Position numbers and translations under genes: made by a program
Notes under the pieces: model-generated
What the model was told of the DNA's origin: nothing
Databases searched by the model: none
Seen by the model: the letters and a program-made list of their open reading frames with translations, nothing else
Shown here: piece by piece, positions 55,027 to 64,000 of the stretch
Position numbering within the stretch: the stretch's first letter is position 1
How the letters are laid out: each line of letters starts with the position of its first letter
Source: the human T2T-CHM13v2.0 reference genome, Homo sapiens
Strand: one strand, 5' to 3'
Assembly (NCBI RefSeq): GCF_009914755.1
Contig: NC_060930.1
DNA: 64,000 bases

Positions 55027-58000
55027 ACCTCATTGTGATGTGTGCGTTCATCTCACAGAGTGGAGTCTTCCGTTTGATAGAGAAGTTTTGAAACCCTGTT
55101 CTTGTAGGATTTCCAAGTGGATATTTAGACCACTTTGAAGCCTATGATAGAAAAGGAAACATCTTCATGGAAAACATAGATAGAATCATCCTCAGAAACA
55201 ACTTTGTGATGTGTGCGTTGAACTCACCGTCTTTAACCTTTCTTTTGGTAGAGAAGTTTTGAAACACTCTCTTTGTAAAGTCTACAAGTGGATATTTTGA
55301 GCCCTTGGAGGCATTCTTTGGAAAAGGGAATGTCTTCACATAAAAGGCAGACGGAAGTGTTCTCAGAAACTGCTTTGTGATGTCTGTGTTCAACTCACAG
55401 AGTTTAACATTTCCTTTGATAGAGCGGTTTAGTAACCCTCTCTTTGTAGAATTTGGAAGTGTATACTAAGAGCGCTTTGAGGCCTATGGTAGAAAAGGAA
55501 ATATCTTTCCATAAAAGCTAGACAGAAGCAATCTCAGAAACTCCTTTGCGATGTCTGCATTCAACTCACCGAGTGGAACATTCCTCTTGAGAGAGCAGTT
55601 TGGAAACACTCTTTCTGTAGAATCAGCTTGTTTGTATTTGGACCTCCTTGAGGCCTTCGTTGGAAACGGGTTTTCATCTTATAAACCCAGACAGAAGAAT
55701 TCTCAGAGTCTTCTTTGTGATGTGTGCTTTCAACTCACCGAGATAAAGATTTCTCTTGATAGAGCAATTTGGAAACACTCTTTTTGTAGAATTTGCAAGG
55801 GTACATTGAGAGCGCTTTCAGGCCTATGGTAGAAAAGGGAATATCTTTCCATAAAAGGTAGACAGAAGCAATCTCAGAAACTACTTTGTGATGTGTGCAT
55901 TCAACTCACCGAGTGCAACGTTCCTCTTGACCGAGCAGTTTGGAAACATTGTTTCTGTAGAATCTGCAAGTGGATATTTGGACCTCTTTGAGGCCTTCGT
56001 TGGAAACGGGATTTCTTCCTATAAACCCAGACAGAAGAATTCTCAGAGACTTCTTTGTGATGTGTGAATTCAACTCACAGTGTGGATCCTTCCTTTTGAT
56101 AGAGCAGTTTTGAAACCCTGTTTTTGTAGTATTTCCAAGCGGATATTCGGAACGCCTTGAAGCGTATGGTAGAAAAGGAAATATCTTCCCATAAAACCTA
56201 GACAGAACCAATCTCAGAAACGACTTTGTGATGTCTGCATTCAAGTCACAGAGTTGAACATTTCTCTTGATAGAGCAGTTTTGAAACCCTCTTTCTGAAG
56301 GATCTGCAAGTGGATATTTGGAACTCCTTTGGGTCTTCGTTGGAAACGGGATTTCTTCGTATAAATCTAGACAGAAGAATTCTCCGAAACTTCTTTGGTT
56401 GTGTGCATTCAAGTCACAGAGTGGAACCTTCCTTTGGATAGAGCAGTTTGAAACGCCGTGGTTGTAGTATTTCCAAGCGGATATTAGAGCGCCTTGAGGC
56501 CTATGGTAGAAAAGGAAATATCTTCCCATAAAACCTAGACGGAAGCAATCTCAGAAACTACTGTGTGATGGCTGCATTCCACACACACGGTGGAACATTT
56601 CTCTTGATAGAGCAGTTTGAAACACTCTTTCTGTAGAATCTGCAAGTGGATAATTGGACCGCCTTGAGGCCTTCGTTGGAAACGGGATTTCTTCATGTTA
56701 CTCTAGATAGAAGAATTCTCAAACACTGCTATGTGATGTTTGCATTCAAGTCACAGAGTGCAACATTCCTCTTGGTAGAGCAGTTGGGAAACACTCCTTT
56801 TGTAGAATCTGCAATGGGATATTTGGACTTCTTTGAGGCCTTCGTTGGAAACGGGATTTCTTCGTATGAATCTAGACAGAAGAATTCTCAGAAACTTCCT
56901 TGTGATGTGTGCATTCAACTCAGCGAGTGGCACCTTCCTTTGGATACAGCAGTTTTGAAACACTGTTTTTGTAGTATTTCCAAGCGGATATTTAGAGCGC
57001 CTTGAAGCCTATGCTAGAAATGGAAATATCTCCCCATAAAACCAAGACAGAAGCAATCTCAGAAACTAATGTGTGATGGCTGCATTCCACACACACGGTG
57101 GACCATTTCTCTTGATAGAGCAGTTTTGAAACACTCTTTCTGTAGAATCTGCAAGTGGATAATTGGACCTCCTAGAGGCCTTCGTTGGAAACGGGATTTC
57201 TTCATCTAAACCTACAGAGAAGAATTCTCAGTAACTTCTTCGGATGTGTGCATTCGACGCACAGAATGGAACATTCCCTTTGATAGAGCAGTTTTGAGAC
57301 ACCGTTTTTGTAGAATTCCCAAGTGGATATTTAGAGCACTTTGAAGTCTCTGCTAGAAAAGGAAACATCTTCATGTAAAAAGTAGATAGAATCGTTCTCA
57401 GAAAGTGCTTAGTGACGTGTGCGTTCAACTCACAGAGTTTAACGTTTCTTTTGATAGAGCGTTTCTGAAACACCCTTCTTGTAGTAGCTGCAAGTGGATA
57501 TTTGGACCTATTGGAGGCCTTCTTTGGAAATGGGATTTCTTCATGTAACTCTAGATTGAAGAGTTCTCAGAAACTCCTTTGTGATGTGTGCATTCAATTC
57601 AAAGAGTGAAACCTCCCTTTTCACAGAGCAGTTTTGAAACACTGTTTTTGTAGGATTTCCAAGGGGATATTTATAGCGCATTGAGCCTACGGCGGAAAAA
57701 GAAACATCTTCCTATAAAAACTAGACAGAATACTTCTCAGAATCTGCTTTGCGATGTGTGCGTTCAACTCACAGAGTAAAACTTTTCTTTTGATAGAGCA
57801 GTTTTGAAACACTCTTTTTGTAGTATTTGCATGTGTATATTTAGAGCGCATTGAAGCCCACAGTAGAAAAGGAAATAACTTCACCTAAAACCTAGACAGA
57901 AGCAATCTCAGAAACTACTTTGTGATGTGTACATTCAACTCACAGAGTGGAACTTTCCTCTTTATAGAGCAGTGTTGAAACACTCTTTTTGTAGAAACTG

Positions 58001-58082
58001 CAAGTGGATATTTGGACCTCTTTGAGGCCTTCGTTGGAAACGGGATTTCTTCCTATAACCCTAGACAGAAGAATTTTCAGAA
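55027..58082 (+). repeat. HOR unit 19, 3056 bp (1-bp deletion)
   Basis: AGCAGTTTGAAAC at 56611 replaces AGCAGTTTTGAAAC. The ORF start is 56646 instead of the expected 56647. Confidence 0.92.
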
Positions 58083-60633
58083 ACCTCATTGTGATGTGTG
58101 CGTTCATCTCACAGAGTGGAGTCTTCCGTTTGATAGAGAAGTTTTGAAACCCTGTTCTTGTAGGATTTCCAAGTGGATATTTAGACCACTTTGAAGCCTA
58201 TGATAGAAAAGGAAACATCTTCATGGAAAACATAGATAGAATCATCCTCAGAAACAACTTTGTGATGTGTGCGTTGAACTCACCGTCTTTAACCTTTCTT
58301 TTGGTAGAGAAGTTTTGAAACACTCTCTTTGTAAAGTCTACAAGTGGATATTTTGAGCCCTTGGAGGCATTCTTTGGAAAAGGGAATGTCTTCACATAAA
58401 AGGCAGACGGAAGTGTTCTCAGAAACTGCTTTGTGATGTCTGTGTTCAACTCACAGAGTTTAACATTTCCTTTGATAGAGCGGTTTAGTAACCCTCTCTT
58501 TGTAGAATTTGGAAGTGTATACTAAGAGCGCTTTGAGGCCTATGGTAGAAAAGGAAATATCTTTCCATAAAAGCTAGACAGAAGCAATCTCAGAAACTCC
58601 TTTGCGATGTCTGCATTCAACTCACCGAGTGGAACATTCCTCTTGAGAGAGCAGTTTGGAAACACTCTTTCTGTAGAATCAGCTTGTTTGTATTTGGACC
58701 TCCTTGAGGCCTTCGTTGGAAACGGGTTTTCATCTTATAAACCCAGACAGAAGAATTCTCAGAGTCTTCTTTGTGATGTGTGCTTTCAACTCACCGAGAT
58801 AAAGATTTCTCTTGATAGAGCAATTTGGAAACACTCTTTTTGTAGAATTTGCAAGGGTACATTGAGAGCGCTTTCAGGCCTATGGTAGAAAAGGGAATAT
58901 CTTTCCATAAAAGGTAGACAGAAGCAATCTCAGAAACTACTTTGTGATGTGTGCATTCAACTCACCGAGTGCAACGTTCCTCTTGACCGAGCAGTTTGGA
59001 AACATTGTTTCTGTAGAATCTGCAAGTGGATATTTGGACCTCTTTGAGGCCTTCGTTGGAAACGGGATTTCTTCCTATAAACCCAGACAGAAGAATTCTC
59101 AGAGACTTCTTTGTGATGTGTGAATTCAACTCACAGTGTGGATCCTTCCTTTTGATAGAGCAGTTTTGAAACCCTGTTTTTGTAGTATTTCCAAGCGGAT
59201 ATTCGGAACGCCTTGAAGCGTATGGTAGAAAAGGAAATATCTTCCCATAAAACCTAGACAGAACCAATCTCAGAAACGACTTTGTGATGTCTGCATTCAA
59301 GTCACAGAGTTGAACATTTCTCTTGATAGAGCAGTTTTGAAACCCTCTTTCTGAAGGATCTGCAAGTGGATATTTGGAACTCCTTTGGGTCTTCGTTGGA
59401 AACGGGATTTCTTCGTATAAATCTAGACAGAAGAATTCTCAGAAACTTCCTTGTGATGTGTGCATTCAACTCAGCGAGTGGCACCTTCCTTTGGATACAG
59501 CAGTTTTGAAACACTGTTTTTGTAGTATTTCCAAGCGGATATTTAGAGCGCCTTGAAGCCTATGCTAGAAATGGAAATATCTCCCCATAAAACCAAGACG
59601 GAAGCAATCTCAGAAACTAATGTGTGATGGCTGCATTCCACACACACGGTGGACCATTTCTCTTGATAGAGCAGTTTTGAAACACTCTTTCTGTAGAATC
59701 TGCAAGTGGATAATTGGACCTCCGAGAGGCCTTCGTTGGAAACGGGATTTCTTCATCTAAACCTACAGAGAAGTATTCTCAGTAACTTCTTCGGATGTGT
59801 GCATTCGACGCACAGAATGGAACATTCCCTTTGATAGAGCAGTTTTGAGACACCGTTTTTGTAGAATTCCCAAGTGGATATTTAGAGCACTTTGAAGTCT
59901 CTGCTAGAAAAGGAAACATCATCATGTAAAAAGTAGATAGAATCGTTCTCAGAAAGTGCTTAGTGTCGTGTGCGTTCAACTCACAGAGTTTAACGTTTCT
60001 TTTGATAGAGCGTTTCTGAAACACCCTTCTTGTAGTAGCTGCAAGTGGATATTTGGACCTATTGGAGGCCTTCTTTGGAAACGGGATTTCTTCATGTAAC
60101 TCTAGATTGAAGAATTCTCAGAAACTCCTTTGTGATGTGTGCATTCAATTCAAAGAGTGAAACCTCTCTTTTCACAGAGCAGTTTTGAAACACTGTTTTT
60201 GTAGGATTTCCAAGGGGATATTTATAGCGCATTGAGCCTACGGCGGAAAAAGAAACATCTTCCTATAAAAACTAGACAGAATACTTCTCAGAATCTGCTT
60301 TGCGATGTGTGCGTTCAACTCACAGAGTAAAACTTTTCTTTTGATAGAGCAGTTTTGAAACACTCTTTTTGTAGTATTTGCATGTGTATATTTAGAGCGC
60401 ATTGAAGCCCACAGTAGAAAAGGAAATAACTTCACCTAAAACCTAGACAGAAGCAATCTCAGAAACTACTTTGTGATGTGTACATTCAACTCACAGAGTG
60501 GAACTTTCCTCTTTATAGAGCAGTGTTGAAACACTCTTTTTGTAGAAACTGCAAGTGGATATTTGGACCTCTTTGAGGCCTTCGTTGGAAACGGGATTTC
60601 TTCCTATAACCCTAGACAGAAGAATTTTCAGAA
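58083..60633 (+). repeat. HOR structural variant: 15-mer, 2551 bp (506-bp / 3-monomer deletion)
   Basis: The same ORF shifts 58198->60749 (2551 bp). The junction reads CGTATAAATCTAGACAGAAGAATTCTCAGAAACTTCCTTG, joining HOR position ~1340 to ~1865. Confidence 0.95.
59391..59407 (+). promoter_or_regulatory. CENP-B box immediately upstream of the 15-mer deletion junction
   Basis: CTTCGTTGGAAACGGGA; the junction interval begins at 59420. Confidence 0.9.
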
Positions 60634-63600
60634 ACCTCATTGTGATGTGTGCGTTCATCTCACAGAGTGGAGTCTTCCGTTTGATAGAGAAGTTTTGAAA
60701 CCCTGTTCTTGTAGGATTTCCAAGTGGATATTTAGACCACTTTGAAGCCTATGATAGAAAAGGAAACATCTTCATGGAAAACATAGATAGAATCATCCTC
60801 AGAAACAACTTTGTGATGTGTGCGTTGAACTCACCGTCTTTAACCTTTCTTTTGGTAGAGAAGTTTTGAAACACTCTCTTTGTAAAGTCTACAAGTGGAT
60901 ATTTTGAGCCCTTGGAGGCATTCTTTGGAAAAGGGAATGTCTTCACATAAAAGGCAGACGGAAGTGTTCTCAGAAACTGCTTTGTGATGTCTGTGTTCAA
61001 CTCACAGAGTTTAACATTTCCTTTGATAGAGCGGTTTAGTAACCCTCTCTTTGTAGAATTTGGAAGTGTATACTAAGAGCGCTTTGAGGCCTATGGTAGA
61101 AAAGGAAATATCTTTCCATAAAAGCTAGACAGAAGCAATCTCAGAAACTCCTCTGTGATGTCTGCATTCAACTCACCGAGTGGAACATTCCTCTTGATAG
61201 AGCAGTTTGGAAACACTCTTTCTGTAGAATCAGCTTGTTTGTATTTGGACCTCCTTGAGGCCTTCGTTGGAAACGGGTTTTCATCTTATAAACCCAGACA
61301 GAAGAATTCTCAGAGTCTTCTTTGTGATGTGTGCTTTCAACTCACCGAGATAAAGATTTCTCTTGATAGAGCAATTTGGAAACACTCTTTTTGTAGAATT
61401 TGCAAGGGTACATTGAGAGCGCTTTCAGGCCTATGGTAGAAAAGGGAATATCTTTCCATAAAAGGTAGACAGAAGCAATCTCAGAAACTACTTTGTGATG
61501 TGTGCATTCAACTCACCGAGTGCAACGTTCCTCTTGACCGAGCAGTTTGGAAACATTGTTTCTGTAGAATCTGCAAGTGGATATTTGGACCTCTTTGAGG
61601 CCTTCGTTGGAAACGGGATTTCTTCCTATAAACCCAGACAGAAGAATTCTCAGAGACTTCTTTGTGATGTGTGAATTCAACTCACAGTGTGGATCCTTCC
61701 TTTTGATAGAGCAGTTTTGAAACCCTGTTTTTGTAGTATTTCCAAGCGGATATTCGGAACGCCTTGAAGCGTATGGTAGAAAAGGAAATATCTTCCCATA
61801 AAACCTAGACAGAACCAATCTCAGAAACGACTTTGTGATGTCTGCATTCAAGTCACAGAGTTGAACATTTCTCTTGATAGAGCAGTTTTGAAACCCTCTT
61901 TCTGAAGGATCTGCAAGTGGATATTTGGAACTCCTTTGGGTCTTCGTTGGAAACGGGATTTCTTCGTATAAATCTAGACAGAAGAATTCTCCGAAACTTC
62001 TTTGGTTGTGTGCATTCAAGTCACAGAGTGGAACCTTCCTTTGGATAGAGCAGTTTGAAACGCCGTGGTTGTAGTATTTCCAAGCGGATATTAGAGCGCC
62101 TTGAGGCCTATGGTAGAAAAGGAAATATCTTCCCATAAAACCTAGACGGAAGCAATCTCAGAAACTACTGTGTGATGGCTGCATTCCACACACACGGTGG
62201 AACATTTCTCTTGATAGAGCAGTTTTGAAACACTCTTTCTGTAGAATCTGCAAGTGGATAATTGGACCGCCTTGAGGCCTTCGTTGGAAACGGGATTTCT
62301 TCATGTTACTCTAGATAGAAGAATTCTCAAACACTGCTATGTGATGTTTGCATTCAAGTCACAGAGTGCAACATTCCTCTTGGTAGAGCAGTTGGGAAAC
62401 ACTCCTTTTGTAGAATCTGCAATGGGATATTTGGACTTCTTTGAGGCCTTCGTTGGAAACGGGATTTCTTCGTATGAATCTAGACAGAAGAATTCTCAGA
62501 AACTTCCTTGTGATGTGTGCATTCAACTCAGCGAGTGGCACCTTCCTTTGGATACAGCAGTTTTGAAACACTGTTTTTGTAGTATTTCCAAGCGGATATT
62601 TAGAGCGCCTTGAAGCCTATGCTAGAAATGGAAATATCTCCCCATAAAACCAAGACAGAAGCAATCTCAGAAACTAATGTGTGATGGCTGCATTCCACAC
62701 ACACGGTGGACCATTTCTCTTGATAGAGCAGTTTTGAAACACTCTTTCTGTAGAATCTGCAAGTGGATAATTGGACCTCCTAGAGGCCTTCGTTGGAAAC
62801 GGGATTTCTTCATCTAAACCTACAGAGAAGAATTCTCAGTAACTTCTTCGGATGTGTGCATTCGACGCACAGAATGGAACATTCCCTTTGATAGAGCAGT
62901 TTTGAGACACCGTTTTTGTAGAATTCCCAAGTGGATATTTAGAGCACTTTGAAGTCTCTGCTAGAAAAGGAAACATCTTCATGTAAAAAGTAGATAGAAT
63001 CGTTCTCAGAAAGTGCTTAGTGACGTGTGCGTTCAACTCACAGAGTTTAACGTTTCTTTTGATAGAGCGTTTCTGAAACACCCTTCTTGTAGTAGCTGCA
63101 AGTGGATATTTGGACCTATTGGAGGCCTTCTTTGGAAATGGGATTTCTTCATGTAACTCTAGATTGAAGAGTTCTCAGAAACTCCTTTGTGATGTGTGCA
63201 TTCAATTCAAAGAGTGAAACCTCCCTTTTCACAGAGCAGTTTTGAAACACTGTTTTTGTAGGATTTCCAAGGGGATATTTATAGCGCATTGAGCCTACGG
63301 CGGAAAAAGAAACATCTTCCTATAAAAACTAGACAGAATACTTCTCAGAATCTGCTTTGCGATGTGTGCGTTCAACTCACAGAGTAAAACTTTTCTTTTG
63401 ATAGAGCAGTTTTGAAACACTCTTTTTGTAGTATTTGCATGTGTATATTTAGAGCGCATTGAAGCCCACAGTAGAAAAGGAAATAACTTCACCTAAAACC
63501 TAGACAGAAGCAATCTCAGAAACTACTTTGTGATGTGTACATTCAACTCACAGAGTGGAACTTTCCTCTTTATAGAGCAGTGTTGAAACACTCTTTTTGT

Positions 63601-64000
63601 AGAAACTGCAAGTGGATATTTGGACCTCTTTGAGGCCTTCGTTGGAAACGGGATTTCTTCCTATAACCCTAGACAGAAGAATTTTCAGAAACCTCATTGT
63701 GATGTGTGCGTTCATCTCACAGAGTGGAGTCTTCCGTTTGATAGAGAAGTTTTGAAACCCTGTTCTTGTAGGATTTCCAAGTGGATATTTAGACCACTTT
63801 GAAGCCTATGATAGAAAAGGAAACATCTTCATGGAAAACATAGATAGAATCATCCTCAGAAACAACTTTGTGATGTGTGCGTTGAACTCACCGTCTTTAA
63901 CCTTTCTTTTGGTAGAGAAGTTTTGAAACACTCTCTTTGTAAAGTCTACAAGTGGATATTTTGAGCCCTTGGAGGCATTCTTTGGAAAAGGGAATGTCTT
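60634..64000 (+). repeat. HOR unit 21 (60634-63690, 3057 bp) plus partial unit 22 (63691-64000)
   Basis: The full 18-mer resumes. Three private SNVs lie at 61153, 61156 and 61198. Confidence 0.93.

Larger units (their letters stand above)
1..64000 (+). repeat. D6Z1: Centromeric alpha-satellite HOR array, 18-mer / 3057-bp unit, probably human chr6 D6Z1 (SF1 dimeric family)
   Basis: ~170-bp monomers carry hallmark alphoid motifs (TTCTCAGAAAC-TTTGTGATGTGTGCATTCAACTCACAGAG, GATAGAGCAGTTTTGAAACAC, CTTCGTTGGAAACGGGA). The ORF track recurs every 3057 bp (116, 3173, 6230...). There are 9 A-box and 9 B-box monomers and one GGATCC per unit. The alpha-satellite call is certain; the chr6 assignment rests on the recalled 18-mer / ~3-kb BamHI unit of D6Z1. 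Confidence 0.93.

Noticed and set aside
58962-59556. Novel chimeric ORFs (112, 70, 60 aa) at the variant unit
   Set aside because: They are by-products of the 506-bp deletion junction, not genes.
1-64000. Hidden transposon insertion, inversion or non-alphoid island (a new biological system)
   Set aside because: The 3057-bp period is accounted for throughout, apart from the -1 and -506 bp events. All CENP-B boxes seen are on the + strand, so there is no room for foreign sequence.

Overview
The whole 64 kb is primate (human-type) centromeric alpha-satellite: ~171-bp monomers head-to-tail in one orientation, organised as a 3057-bp, 18-monomer higher-order repeat (HOR). Each HOR has one BamHI site, 7 intact and 2 degenerate CENP-B boxes, and a near-alternating A/B dimeric (SF1-like) layout. 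From recalled family knowledge (no database search) this fits the chromosome 6 active array D6Z1. Phased from the window start there are 21 full units plus a 310-bp partial. Nineteen units are 3057 bp, one is 3056 bp (1-bp deletion at ~56616) and one is a 2551-bp 15-mer caused by a 506-bp deletion (junction 59420-59440). A ~1.8-kb tract of a diverged HOR haplotype (11 SNVs) follows that junction. I saw no genes, RNA genes, transposons, inversions or CRISPR arrays, and all listed ORFs are satellite artefacts. I find no new biological system. The interesting signal is the array's internal history: the 15-mer, the haplotype tract, multi-HOR duplications, paralogous segments inside the HOR and CpG decay. 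SNVs were read by eye and from the ORF track, so the list may be incomplete.
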